Assembly (NCBI GenBank): GCA_964016885.1
Contig: OZ024742.1
Span: 129,766,001-129,830,000, forward strand
Reading direction: 5' to 3'
From: Eledone cirrhosa
Lineage: Eukaryota
Length of the DNA: 64,000 bases
In this document: one piece after another, positions 1-16,155 of the stretch
Position numbering within the stretch: position 1 is the first letter of the stretch
Layout: every line of letters starts with the position of its first letter
Translations under genes and position numbers: made by a program
The notes under the pieces: generated by a model
Database searches by the model: none
What the model saw: the letters and a program-made list of their open reading frames with translations, nothing else
Told to the model about the DNA's origin: nothing

Positions 1-904
1 AGCTTGTTATTAAATAAATTTGGTGAGCTACAGATCAAATACTGCACCATCATGCTGTTTGTAGATTATATTTAATTAAAAAATTTTTTGACTTCTGTAT
101 TTTGAGTAGTAACACTCGTAAATATGTTTGAAATTAGATTTGTGTTTATGCAATTATTAGCCTTCTTTCTAGGTTTAACAGAGAACTCATCATCATTTGG
201 AGTACATTTATGCATGTTAGTACACCTTTACAACACTTGTGCACTGCACATTATTATTATTATTATTATTCCACAAAAGTCACTTGAACCGATTGCCCCC
301 TATCTTAGTTATTATCCTGTCTTTATCATTAATCTTCCCCTTCCCCATTATCAGATGCTGTTAATAAGATTAAGTGTAAGTTTACAATAGGGAGGAGATA
401 CTGCTATTAAAACAGCTAGAGAGGAAAAAAATAAATAATTTAAGCACAGAATCCACTGAACACCAATAGATACAAGTTTAAAAACAAAATCAATATAATG
501 AACTTCACAACAATCTTTTTTCACCCTTTTTGCAACTAAATTAGACAGTAAATTAAATTTGGTGGCATTATATCCCGTGTTAAAAAAAAAAAAACTAAGA
601 AAAATATAATTTAAAAAAAAACATTCATGTTTGCATGCCTTAGATTTGTTGCTTTAATATAGTATAAGAATAAATTCATCTATCTATATCAGTAGTAAAA
701 GAGAAAATTCTTCAATTTACTCATCAACATTTAACATCCATTTTCCCTGCTAGCAAAGAGTGCTTTATTGACATTACTGACCTTCAAGATAAGCAAGGGT
801 GGTAGGGAAATCTCTTCTCATTTACATACATTACTTCAGTGCACTGGGTGTGTTTGGTTACATATTTAACTGGGTGATGTCTAAAAACATCTGACTGATA
901 AAAT

Positions 905-1225
905 GACATATTAGTGGCCTCCCCACAGCCCCGGCAGACAGAATGGAGAAGGTGTTTCCCCGGAGGACGGCAAGGGAGACGGGCTGGAAAAGCCATTCCA
1001 GCTCACAAGGCTCACACCTACGGCTGGCCAGCTCAGCACCTATGGTGGTGAGTAGGGAGGTAGCCCCAGGGCCAAGGACACCAGAAGTCTCTACTGCCAA
1101 GGGTACAACCACAAACCTGTCGGAGAGCGACCGGTATGTGAAGAGTTTGGCCTCCTCAGCCCGACGTGCAGCAGAACCTGGGTTAGTTGCAGACTGCACC
1201 AGGTTACAGCTGGAATTGTGGGGTC
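905..1225 (-). mobile_element. 3' fragment of an RLE-type (CRE-like clade) non-LTR retrotransposon, C-terminal restriction-like endonuclease region
   Basis: ORF 858..1199(-) reads AARRAEEAKLFTY...FVVVPLAVETSGVLG...WLFQPVSLAVLRGNTFSIL. This matches the AE..K..KY / F.P.AVET.G / LFQR.S.A..RGN C-terminal signature of CRE-like elements. Upstream is truncated (in-frame TGA at 1224-1226). Boundaries approximate. Confidence 0.75.
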
Positions 1226-1849
1226 AGCAGTAGGGAGGCTGTAATGTTTTTGATACAACTGAAGAAGCCTACCAAGGTTACCATACAATATGGAGAAAGA
1301 CAGAAATAGTGAATGTCCCCTGAGAACACTCAGATGATAAGACTTTTATTTTTAACAATAGAGTTCTTTTATCAATATCTGGTCATCTGGTTCTTCCAGC
1401 GTCACAGTAACAGGTCATTATACCCTACTATCTTTCTCTGTCTCTGGCAAGGTTTGGTGCTTGAAACCAGTTTGTGCCTCATTTGCACAGGTCATTTTTT
1501 AGGATGGGTCTCCAGGTCTTTCTTGGCCTACTCTTTGGTCTTTTCCCACCAGTTGGGAACCATGACATTGCAATTATTGCTGGTATATTATCCTCACATT
1601 CTTAGGACATACTTCCAGATGATTTTGGTGATCCCCAGAAGGAACAAGCAGAAATATGAGGTACTCAAGTTAACTAGTGGGTTTTCACCAACTTGTTTGT
1701 GGGTAACCCAAAATGTTTTATATCATTTCTTGTGTTACTTACTGTGTTTTATAATAATTTAATATATATGTCATGTTTTATCCATCTACTGTATAACATA
1801 CATGACTGTACTCTCATTTTATATATCTTTGTTTATCATATCTCATTGC

Positions 1850-2160
1850 CATCATCATTTTACAACCATTTTGCGATGCTGGCAAGTATTGGAAGGGTCA
1901 TTACAGACCCAATCTGTACTTAATCTGAGCTATTATGCAGGCCAGAAGACCATGTCTCTGATTACAGTTTTGACATGGTTTCTACAGTTGGATTCCCTTC
2001 CTAATGTTAACCACTTTATACATTATACTATGTACATTTTATCATGACACCAGTACTAGGGAGGTTATCATGATGTTGACACAACTGAAGAGACCTCTAA
2101 ATTCTTGTTTGGCATGGTTTCTACATGTCCTTCATAATGCCAACTACATTACAAAGTATA
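1850..2160 (-). mobile_element. Degraded SINE / RTE-tail remnant with a duplicated internal body motif
   Basis: Starts with a catcatcat tail and has two decayed copies of tttggcatggtttctacagctggatgcccttcctaatg, the reverse complement of the body seen at 22171-22200 and 63530-63560. Confidence 0.5.
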
Positions 2161-2511
2161 GTGTATAGAGGATGCAATGGCACTGGTACTAGAAAGATTG
2201 TCATATCATAATCAACAATCACAAACTTTATTGCATCTTTATTTAATAATGCAAATTCCTCTGATGGTTGATTCGCCTCTCCCATAACTTTACCAGAATT
2301 AATAGTTGGTAATCAATGATCAATCCCTTAGATCAATTTTAAGTTGTGGTTTCTAGAATCATGAAATGGCACTATCAAGAAATAATAACCATTTCCATTT
2401 AGAACTACATATTTTTCATAAATGTTATGTGCTTTTTGTGTGTGTACAAAATACTGTGTTTCTCAAAATATATATGGCTTTCTCTCTCTCTCTATATATA
2501 TATAAATATAT

Positions 2512-5076
2512 ATCTAAATTCAAAGGCAAGAGACTGCTGACAATCATCTCTACCTATGCTCCCCGGGCGGGCCTAGGTAAAGAAGAGAAAGACTGCTTTT
2601 ACGAGCAACTTTTAGAAACAGCCACAATGACAGAGGACAGAGACATCGTTATGCTAGCAGGGGACTTCAATGGTCATGTTGGACAGCTCCAGGATGGATA
2701 CACTGTGGTACATGGTGGGCACAGTTATGGCTCAAGAAACAAAGAAGGAGTGAGACTTCTTGAATTTTGTGATACAATTGCACTAACCATTTAAAACCTA
2801 CCAACCACCTAATAACCTACAAATCAGGCGAGCACATAAGCCAGATTGACTTCTTGCTAGTCAGGCAGCGAGACAGACAGATGGTGTCAAATACTAAGGC
2901 ATACCCCGGGGAAGAATGTACACCACAGCATAGGTTAGTCATTAGTGACATCTCAATAAGCAAGAGACAAAATGAGACATACTGGAAGGTATGGAAAAGG
3001 AAGGTCTGGAAACTAAAAGACTTTTCACTAAAATATAAATTTAGGAAAGCCCTTCAAGATGTGCATGATGAGAAAAAGACGTTTTAGAATCATATGACAT
3101 AGATGATAACTGGAATTTCTTCCGTGACAGCTTACTGTAGGCTACTGAAGAAACTTGTGGCTGGAGCAGAGCTCCGACCAGACAGAGAGTGACCTGGTGG
3201 TGGAACAACACGGTAGATAGGGCCATTTGAGACAAAAGACTAGCATGGAATGCTTGGAAAAATGGTGGGAGTAGAGACCAATACACAGCTGCTAAGAGAG
3301 AAGCTAGATGTCAGGTGTACTTAGTACGCAGGGAGGCTGAGAGTAGGAGGTTTGCCAATGTCCTGTAGACCCGATAGAAGGACCAGCTATTGAGATTGAC
3401 GAATATGGGGTCCAAGAGGCAATTAAGGAAACAAAAAATGGTAAGGCAGCTGGACTGCCGGGGATAGTTGCTGAGATGCTGAAGGCATCAGGAGAAGTAG
3501 GTATTAAACTGGTTGCATGCATCGTCAATCAAGCTATATATAAGTCATACCCAAAGACTGGTGCAGCAGTATTCTCATAAATTGCTACAAAGTTAAAGGA
3601 GATGCTCTGGAGAGGAGCAATTATAGAGGCATAAAACTGATGGATGAGGTTATGAAAGTGGCAGAAAGGATATTAGCGCAACTAATCAGAGAAAGGATCA
3701 AACTAGATGAAATGCAGTTTGGTTTTGTACCTGGGAAAAATACAACAAATGCCCTCTTCTTAGTGAGACAATTATAAGAGAGGTTCTTAGAGAAGAATAA
3801 GCCACTATACTTAGCTTTTGTTGACCTAGAGAAGGCCTTTGATAGGGTATCCCGATCTGTCATCTCGTGGTCTCTAAGGAAACTAGGTGTTGAGGAATGG
3901 CTTGTGAGGGCAGTGCAAGCTTTGTACAGAGGTGCTGTAAAGTGAGGGTAGGAATGGAGTTTAGTGAGGAATTCCAGATACAAGTAGAAGTACATCAGGG
4001 TGCGGTCCTCAGCCTGCTTGTGTTCATTATAGTCCTCCAAGATATAACAGAGGAGTTTAAGACTGGCTGCCCATGAGAACGTCTCTATGCTGCCGATCTG
4101 GTTCTTATAGCAGAATCAGTAGAGGAGCTAGAGAATAAATTCTGGCTATGGAAACAGCAGTTGAAATTAAGAGGACTGAAAGTGAACCTAGCTAAGACAA
4201 AAGTGTTGATGAATAGAAAAGAGGACAAAACTCTGATTCCGTCAGGGAAATGGCCATGCTTGATATGTAGAAAAGGACCTGGCATAAATTCTATAAAATG
4301 TACACAATGCAGATCTTGGGTACACAAGAGATGTAATGGGATAGCAGGCAAACTAACAGGTAGGGAAAACTACATATGCAATAGATGTACAGGGAAATTA
4401 GACAGTAGAAGTCGCATTGATAGACACATTTTTCAAATGTAGGCGGGTGCTATAGAAGTGGTGGATAGCTTCCGGTACCTAGGAGATCAGCTTAGCATGG
4501 GAGGGGGTGTTCCGAGGCCATAGTATCTAGAATAAGGACGGGTTGGAAGAAGTTTAGAGAGCTGCTTCCTCTGTTGACAAAGAAGGGTTTCTCCTTGTGA
4601 ACGAAAGGCCGGTTATATGATGCCTGTGTGAGATGCACGATGCTGCATGGTAGTGAGACATGGGCAGCAACTGTGGAGGATATGCGACAGTTGGAGAGAA
4701 ATGAAGCAAGCATACTCCGTTGGATGTGCAATGTCAATGTGCGTGAACGACCAAGCATAGATGAGTTGAGAGAGAAACTGTGTATAAGAGGGGTAAGTTG
4801 TAGTGTGCGGGAGAGAAGACTGCGGTGGTATGGACATGTGATGTGCATGGAGGATGACCGCTGGGTAAAGAAGTACCAAGAAATGCCAGTAGAAGGAAGA
4901 CGCTGTAGAGGAAGACCACAAAAAACATGAGCGGAGGTGGTGAAAGTGCACCTCAGATTACTGAAGCTCACAGAGGAGATGACGAAGGACCGTGACAAGT
5001 GGAGAGATGCTGTGCTGAATAGGACCCGTCCCACCCTTGCAAGCAGGAAAGAGCGTACGTAAAATGATGATGATGA

Positions 5077-5080
<4 letters not shown>
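2512..5080 (+). mobile_element. RTE-clade LINE copy 1 (APE endonuclease + RT + PHD finger), 5'-truncated and inactive
   Basis: APE motifs (ISTYAP, LAGDFNGHVG, SQIDFLLV, QHRLV), RT motifs (MQFGF, LAFVDLEKAFDRV, HQG, YADD mutated to YAAD near 4086), C-terminal RLRWYGHV/GRGRP and a (GAT)n tail at 5065-5080. Many stops and frameshifts, plus a ~200-bp internal deletion near 3365 relative to copy 2. Confidence 0.93.
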
Positions 5081-5112
<32 letters not shown>

Positions 5113-5945
5113 TCAAGAGTTTCGATAGAATAGATAATGGAAAAAGAGTGCTCTATGTTAAGTACAGAGCCCAAATATATTATTATAAATAATTTCTCAA
5201 CACAGTTGTTTGCTAGCCAACGTTTCAAAACCTACCCTAGCATAGGTCATAGACATTATATATACTAGTGTAGCTTGTCTTTCTGGTAAGAGTGAAATGT
5301 ATACACACACACATATATATATGTGTGTGTGTATACATTATATATATATATATATACAAAATGTTCAGATAAGGTTACTTTTACATAATTGTTTTATTGC
5401 ATAATATATATTTCAATGATATAGTTATGCAATGGTTATATTATTACAGTCTCCATGTGACATCATGAGATGCTCATACAATTATGAGATGTAGTCATGC
5501 AAGTGTGCAAATATGCTGCTGGTAATATATTACTATCTTGGTGTGATATGAGCTAACATAATCACCAACATTTCGCTGGGGATACTCTACTGATACGCAG
5601 TGCTTTTGGACTGCTTAAACTCACAGCATGACAATGTAACCTCCACGGATCAGTACCCTTATTATCTACACTGTGTGTGTGTGTGTGTATGGGAGAGAGA
5701 GATAACACAGTACATGGAAGAAATATCAGTTTAACACTTCAAATAGATAGCCAGAAGAGAGACTTAGTATTTCGGAGATTAGTCCTTCATCAGAAGATAG
5801 AGTTAGAAATAGAAGATAAATAGAGAGTAAAGAGTGAGAGAAAATGAGAAGAAAAAAATTAGGGAGAAAAAAAACACACATGTGTATTCAGTCAGCCATG
5901 TATGTGTGTGAGTATATACATATGTATACACACACACACACACAC

Positions 5946-5985
<40 letters not shown>

Positions 5986-6088
5986 CCATATATATATTTA
6001 TATATATATATATATATGGGTGTGTGTGTGTATATATATGTCTCTGTATATGTATATATGTGTGCGTATATATATATATATATACATA

Positions 6089-7472
<1,384 letters not shown>

Positions 7473-7525
7473 CACACACACACACATTCTTATATACATA
7501 AATATACATATGCACACATACATAT

Positions 7526-7965
7526 ACTAGACCCGAAAAATGCGCAAGCTCAAAAGAGCCACAGAATGTTATAATAAACCTTCAAAAGTGTGGGACTAGA
7601 GTTGTTGTTCAAAAATATTGTAATCATTATCTATCGTACACTCTGTGGCATCCTTTTATAAAAAAGAGACTCATAACGAACTCAAGATGCTACAATTATT
7701 TAAGCTAATGTTCAATATCTCATATTAGATGTTTAGTAATGATTAATACGAAATGCACTTAAACCAAATTCTATATTATAAATTCATTTAAATAATTATC
7801 GTGTCGTCTTGAGTTCATTATGAGTCTCTTTTTTATAAAAGGATGCCACAGAGTGTACGATAGATAATGATTACAATATTTTTGAGCAACAACTCTAGTC
7901 CCACACTTTTGAAGGTTTATAACATTCTGTAGCTCTTTTGACCGTGCGCATTTTTCAGGTCTAGT
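7526..7965. mobile_element. Foldback/MITE-like element with ~170-bp terminal inverted repeats
   Basis: 7526-~7700 (actagacccgaaaaatgcgc...gagactcataacgaactcaagatg) is the near-perfect reverse complement of ~7795-7965, separated by a ~95-bp AT-rich spacer. No ORF. Confidence 0.8.
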
Positions 7966-8728
7966 TTAATTTTTTTTAAGGCAACGCTTGTAATAACTCT
8001 AGTTAAACATGATATTAATAATAAATTATCATTGTAATGTAATTAGATTATATAATTGTTATTTTATAAATGATCTTATAAATATTATTGTAAGATGTAT
8101 AAAAATATTTTCAGACTTTTAATATAAACAACTACAAAAAACAATCAATATTAAATAAATATATTTTACATAATAATTGCTATAGTTGAATTAATAAAAA
8201 TTACATATTACATAAAAATAGTCTAACATAATAATAAAAAAAATAATCTAACATAAAACGAACAATAATATGGACAAATATACAAGTGAATATGATACAA
8301 CCAATATTATAAGCATGTTATAACGAACTGAAAAAAAAAATAGTTAATATAAATTTAAAAAATCATATAAATTAACAATATAACTTACCAAAACGAGAAA
8401 AATATTTCGATGATAAACGACGAAATACAGGAGGAAGATTCGAAAGCGAAATGATAAATAAACGTGCAAACAAAGTGGTGGATGCTTTTGAGCAACAATT
8501 ACTCTTATTGCTTGATTAGCCAATAAGATGATGAAATTAGCCAAAAAGACGATACATTAAAAAAGATGTTGGCAGTGATCACCACGGCCAGCAAAACCCC
8601 TTGAATTTTTTATTCACAAGCTACACATATATGTCAGACATGCAGACTTAAAACATTCTGTTGTTAGTCACTGCGTGTCTAACAGATATACATATATATA
8701 CACAAATATAAAATTAAAATAATAGTTG

Positions 8729-8908
8729 TTTCTACTTTAGGCACAAGGCCAGCAATTACCCAGTACATTACTGGTACTTTATTTTATCGACCCCGTAAGG
8801 ATGAAAGGCAAAGTTAACCTTGGCGGGATTTGAACTCAGACCATAAAGGGCCGTAACTCTTTGCTGCAAAGCATGGCGTCCGACCCTCTACCGATACTGC
8901 CAATTCAA
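8729..8908 (-). mobile_element. tRNA-derived SINE (Meta/Sauria-like central domain)
   Basis: Minus strand has the B-box gagttcaaatcc followed by gcctttcatccttacggggtcgataaaataaaagtaccag. A second copy of the family is at 62760-62917. Confidence 0.7.
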
Positions 8909-8962
8909 TAATGGTAAATACAAAGATCAAAAGACCGAAATCCAGAGAAGTCTCAATGAAAG

Positions 8963-10881
<1,919 letters not shown>

Positions 10882-11447
10882 ATATTGTTATACTTTGGGA
10901 GGGTCATGTTGCCAATAAGAAACACACGCACCAGTTGCTTTCACTTCAATTTAATTTATTATATATTTATAAATTTACAAATTTATAAATTTCTGGTTGG
11001 TTGGTTCCACAACCAGATAGTTGTTTATATATATATAGTCATAGTTCTTTCGTCACACACTCTGTGATCTTCAGTGACTGGGGATTTCTTTCTTCGTTTC
11101 TGTGCCTTTCCTTTCTTCTATCCTACGCCATTTTGGCGTAGGATAGAAGAAAGGAAAGGCACAGAAACGAAGAAAGAAATCCCCAGTCACTGAAGAGGTC
11201 ACAGAGTGTGTGACGAAAGAACTATGACTATATATATATAAACAACTATCTGGTTGTGGAACCAACCAACCAACCAGAAATTTATAAATTTGTAAATTTA
11301 TAAATATATAATAAATTAAATTGAAGTGAAAGCAACTGGTGCGTGTGTTTCTTATTGGCAACACGACCCTCCCAAAGTATAACAATATCGGTTTCAACAC
11401 ACGATTTCAGATAAAGAATCTTGCTAAACAAATTCAGAAACGAAATA
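10882..11447 (+). mobile_element. Penelope-like element terminal-repeat fragment arranged as a ~250-bp-arm palindrome
   Basis: 10882-11130 is the reverse complement of 11134-11388 with a 3-nt spacer (ttt). The right arm contains a hammerhead motif and runs on to ~11447 into (TA)n. Confidence 0.75.
11185..11229 (+). ncRNA. Minimal type I hammerhead ribozyme motif
   Basis: agtca-CTGAAGA-g-gtcac(agagtgt)gtgac-GAAA-g-aa-c-TA-tgact: stem I agtca/tgact, stem II gtcac/gtgac, very short stem III. The inverted copy (~11036-11078) has a 2-nt deletion at the core/stem II junction. Confidence 0.75.
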
Positions 11448-11853
<406 letters not shown>

Positions 11854-11878
11854 TTAGCCTTCATATCATGTTCTCCTT

Positions 11879-11945
11879 TTTTATCTGATGAAAACACAAA
11901 TATTATTGTTTGATGATGTTTGTTTTTGAAATGCGCATAATAAAA
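11879..11945 (+). ncRNA. Type I hammerhead ribozyme motif (separate family)
   Basis: ttttat-CTGATGA-[aaacacaaatattatt gttt gatgatgtttgttttt stem II]-GAAA-tgcgca-TA-ataaaa. Palindromic stem III (atgcgcat), stem I ttttat/ataaaa, predicted AUA cleavage triplet. Confidence 0.72.
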
Positions 11946-12200
11946 TATATGGAACTCCTTTAACCATCTTTTGATCTTATATTATGCATACTCCAGTCCC
12001 ACAAACTGTAGAGTGCTTCTTATCCGATATCTGCATTGCTTTATTGTACTACAATAAAACTCACCTCCTACATATATGTATATATATATATGTGTGTGAA
12101 TGAAGTAATTCCATCGGAAAAGTCCAGGAAAAAGGAGTGCTCTATGTATGCAACAGAGCTTAATTATTATTATTATGTAATAAACAACATAAGGCAATTA

Positions 12201-12260
12201 TTCCATTTACCAGTGGTTTCTTAAAAGCAAAAGGTTTTGCTTTCAATCCTCAGAATGAAA
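12201..12260 (-). ncRNA. Type I hammerhead ribozyme (pLTR HHR-A)
   Basis: Minus strand: tttcatt-CTGAGGA-ttgaaagcaaaa cc ttttgcttttaa-GAAA-cc act gg-TA-aatggaa. 7-bp stem I, long stem II, GUA cleavage triplet. Confidence 0.85.
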
Positions 12261-12541
12261 AATCCTGGTTTGTTTATTGAATATGGATTCTAAAAACAAA
12301 AATGCAATCTATATGAAAGTGAGGCTGGAAAAGGGAGAAGGAAAGGAAAAATAAAATAAAACTACACATGCAAACACACACAAAAAAACACAAAAGCATA
12401 CTTACACACACATACATATATACATATATATAAATGTACGCATACACATATACATATACACATATATATATATATATAAAAAAGCGCACACCTACACACA
12501 CATACACATATATACACACATATACACATACATACATTCAT

Positions 12542-12580
<39 letters not shown>

Positions 12581-12581
12581 T

Positions 12582-12612
<31 letters not shown>

Positions 12613-13028
12613 CACATGTACTCATATATATATATATATATATACATATACACATATACACACACACACACATGTGTGTGTACAAGCATACACATACACA
12701 CACACATATATATACACATACATACATTCACACAAACATACAACGTACATACATACACATACATGAATGCACTCCACTACATATTCACACACGCAAATAA
12801 ATATAAGAAAAAAATATATAAATAATATTAACAAATATTTGACAGCGATACATGCCCCAGCTAACAGGACAGACACGCGTGGTAAGTAATACACACAAAA
12901 CACATATACATACGTACGAAATAGTAAACACATACACACACTCTCACACATAAATATACATATACAAATACATAAACACGTACACGTATATAATATAAAC
13001 ACACACATGTATATGTAATTATATACAT

Positions 13029-13104
<76 letters not shown>

Positions 13105-13359
13105 TCAAAAATATAAAAATATAAACGCACACACACACATATAAATACGTAAACACACATATACATACATAGCTAAACAATTATACACATGCAAATACGT
13201 ATAAATCAAAAGCACGCACAACCAAATACAAACACACACACCCACACCCACACATACATAAAAATAAATAAACACACACGCACACATATACATACATAAA
13301 TACACATACATATACACATACATACATAAACATATATATATATATATATATACACATAT

Positions 13360-13393
<34 letters not shown>

Positions 13394-13559
13394 ATATATA
13401 TATACACACACACATACACGTACACGTACACGCATGCATACACATACACACACACATATACACGTGTGTATGTGTAAAGCTCAGTATTAGATAAGACAAA
13501 TGAACCTTACATAAACGTATATATAGTAGTAAAGTAATAAAGCCATACAAGGCAATTAA

Positions 13560-13617
13560 TCCATTCACCAGAGGTTTCTTAAAAGCAAAAAAAGTTTCCT
13601 TCAATCTTCAGAATGAA
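13560..13617 (-). ncRNA. Hammerhead motif variant (pLTR HHR-B) with non-canonical GUG triplet
   Basis: Minus strand: ttcatt-CTGAAGA-ttgaaggaaactttttttgcttttaa-GAAA-cc tct gg-TG-aatgga; paralogous to HHR-A. Confidence 0.65.
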
Positions 13618-13716
13618 AAAGGGCCTGGTTTATCCACATATACATACATATACACACACAAAAATATACAATTATATACACACATACACACACGCACACA
13701 CACATATATATATATA

Positions 13717-13776
<60 letters not shown>

Positions 13777-14004
13777 AACATATACATACACATATACATA
13801 CATATATATATACACACAAAAATACATACACATACACATAGGTATGTGAAGGGCAAAACAAAAAGAATATATGGGGGGGGGGGCTAAGAGGAGGTAAAAA
13901 TATAAGGGGAGGTAAGGGAGAAAAAAATTTTAAATATACAAGAGTACAGAAGGTAGAATCAGCAAAATAAAAACCGTAGCAAAAGTAAAGAGCAGAGAAG
14001 GAGT

Positions 14005-16155
14005 TCAAGGCGGTTGATTTATCGTAGGAGTGTCAATCCAGTTACAGATCAGATGCGATTTCAGATGAGGACAGCATCTGAAGATCTCAGTCTTTGAGTT
14101 AAGGCAAGCGGAAGTGGCTCTCAAGTTTAGCAAAATCCTATACTTTTCTATGGTACACAAAGAACAATTCTTTGTGCCCCTTTGGTACTCCCTCGAATGG
14201 TCTAATATAGACCAATCAATAGAGTACGGGATATTACTATCCTTGAGATCCCATACCTTACTTGCGAGGGCCGTTGATGTTCGTTTATCTGAGTGTTTAA
14301 AAGAAGCGATATGTGAGTAAAATCTGGTTTTAAACCTGTCCTGGGTCATACCGACATATCGCTCACTTCTGGCTGGCTGGTTGTTGATAACTGGCGTTAT
14401 CTTAGCCTCATAAACGACAGATTTTGTGTTACATTTACCCTGCAATGGGCATTCATCCGGCTTCCTGCAACTGCATCCTGGATTTATCCTCGTACGGTTT
14501 GAACTGGTGATTTTGGACTTCATGGATGGGCAACAAGAGTAGCTGATCTTAACTACATTCCTATTAAAAATCTTATAATATCTATGAATAGGAGGAAAAT
14601 GTTTGTCTAATAGTTCAAGGAATTTCCTTCCTACATTAGTTTTGACATTTAGAGAGAAGGGGGGTGTGAACCAAATAATCTTCCTTTTCCTGTTATTATG
14701 GTTAGTTTTTTTTTGGGGGGGGGGGGGGGGGGAGTAGGTAAATAAGAAATATTTTCTGTAAAACCGCTGTTCTTAAGGGCTTTATTATAATAAGGGGCGG
14801 CTTTATTAAAAATGTCTATAGACGAAGATAAGGTAGAAATCCTACGGCTAATGTTAGGAATAAGATTATTAAAAACTATAGGGGGATGGCAAGACTCTTT
14901 GTGTATATACCTAAGATTTTCATTAGGTTTATGATAGGGTTTAAAAGAGGCAGTAAGTAGATCAAGATTAATATCAAGAAAGTTAGCATTAGTAAGGTTC
15001 GTATCTATAGTAATTTTAAGGTTAAGATTAGCAAAAGTACTAATTAAATCTTTACGGAATTTATCAAGATTATGGCCGTTGGTGGTATGAGAAACTGCTA
15101 ATCCGTCATCACGGTATAAACCGATATTATGGGACGGAAATTTCTCTTTGAGTGTGTGGAGAAGGAATAATCCTACTAAGTCGCACACATCCGCACTGTC
15201 ATAGGAACCCATTGCAACATCGAAAGAGTTTTCAGGGTTTGACTTTTTAACCCAAATATTATCATTAGTAAAAAGTAAAGTTTTTCTAGCATGAAAGATA
15301 ATGTCCTCTTCTAATTTGGAGATATTAATGAAGGGTCTTGCAAAATCTAAGGCTTTAGTTAATAAGGAAACAGTAATAGAAGGGTAAAAATCGACAATAT
15401 CAAATTGGGTAAATCTACACTTATTTTTACCTTGTATATTATTGAACCAAGAAATAACAGAGGAAGTATTTAGTCACTGTGAAAGGACAGTGTTAGTTCT
15501 AATTTGGAGAATTATTTTTCTTAAGATTTTCTTACTAGCAAGGCCAACCTCGGATTTAGCCGGGTTAATCAGTCTACAACTAGGTCGATTAGTAAAGTCC
15601 AATTTATGGTCTTTAAGGGTAATATATGCTTTACGCTTAGCTAAGCTTTCAATCCGGTTATCTATTTGTAAAGAACTAGCTAGTTCTTTAGCTTCTTTAT
15701 TGATAGATAGTATTGTAGCTATTATTATTAGTTAATTGATATTTATTGGTAATACTATTAGTTAAAAGTTGGTTATACAAATTACTATTAACTTCAAAGA
15801 GGTTTTTAGTTTTATCAGAAAGAACGAAAGTGTTTGTAGAATTTCTAAAATTAGAGATATCGTTAGAAAGTTTAGTTTGAAAATTATTATTGTACTTACG
15901 AAATTTGATATCACTAATTAGATTAACGAGGTCTAATTCGAAGTTGGCCATGTCTTTAATTCTAGGTGGATATTTACGGGATTTAATGTCAAAATAATCT
16001 TTAGTATCAGCACTGAATAGTCCATCGTAAACCATTGCCTTCCATCTCATTCTTTTAACGACTTGTTCGATTTTATCTATGAGGATTTTGGTGTAAGTTG
16101 TGTTGGACGGAGTGGGTATGTTTTTGATAGAATAATCCAAATCATAAAGGTCCAT
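14005..16155 (-). pseudogene. PLE reverse transcriptase / GIY-YIG endonuclease ORF (~715 aa reconstructed), disrupted by 3 lesions
   Basis: YSIKNIP..KRMRWKA, LSDKT, TLKDHK, CRLINPAKSE, QFDIVDFYPSI, FDVAMGSYD, GLYRDDGL, IIWFTPPFS, KISYSC, CSC-x5-C, VVY..YVG (GIY-YIG), CSLC..EK, CPH. Lesions: 4-bp tatc duplication ~15703-15710, TGG>TGA at 15474-15476, frameshift at the T9/G18 run 14706-14732. Confidence 0.92.

Larger units (their letters stand above)
12099..13818 (-). repeat. 3' pseudo-LTR of the Naiad-like element
   Basis: Colinear with 16273-18010, including the complex (CA)/(TA) tract; differences are mostly in microsatellite length. Confidence 0.88.

Noticed and set aside
124-2047. Small ORFs at 124, 1313, 1693 and 1802 (and similar ones at 58.8-63.8 kb) as host genes
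   Set aside because: No recognisable domains or consistent exon structure, and several overlap decayed repeats. Small host exons cannot be excluded without RNA data.
5201-5260. Possible hammerhead on the minus strand (ctatga-cctat..gtagg-tttt-gaaacg)
   Set aside because: The core lacks CUGANGA or a compensated variant, and stems I and III cannot be formed.
15474-15476. In-frame TGA in the Naiad-like ORF as a selenocysteine codon (many Naiads encode selenoproteins)
   Set aside because: It falls at a conserved Trp position (Q-W-x-N-T), so it is a TGG>TGA nonsense change. The Cys positions where I recall Sec occurring (CRLINP, SYSC, CxC-x5-C) are all TGT/TGC here.
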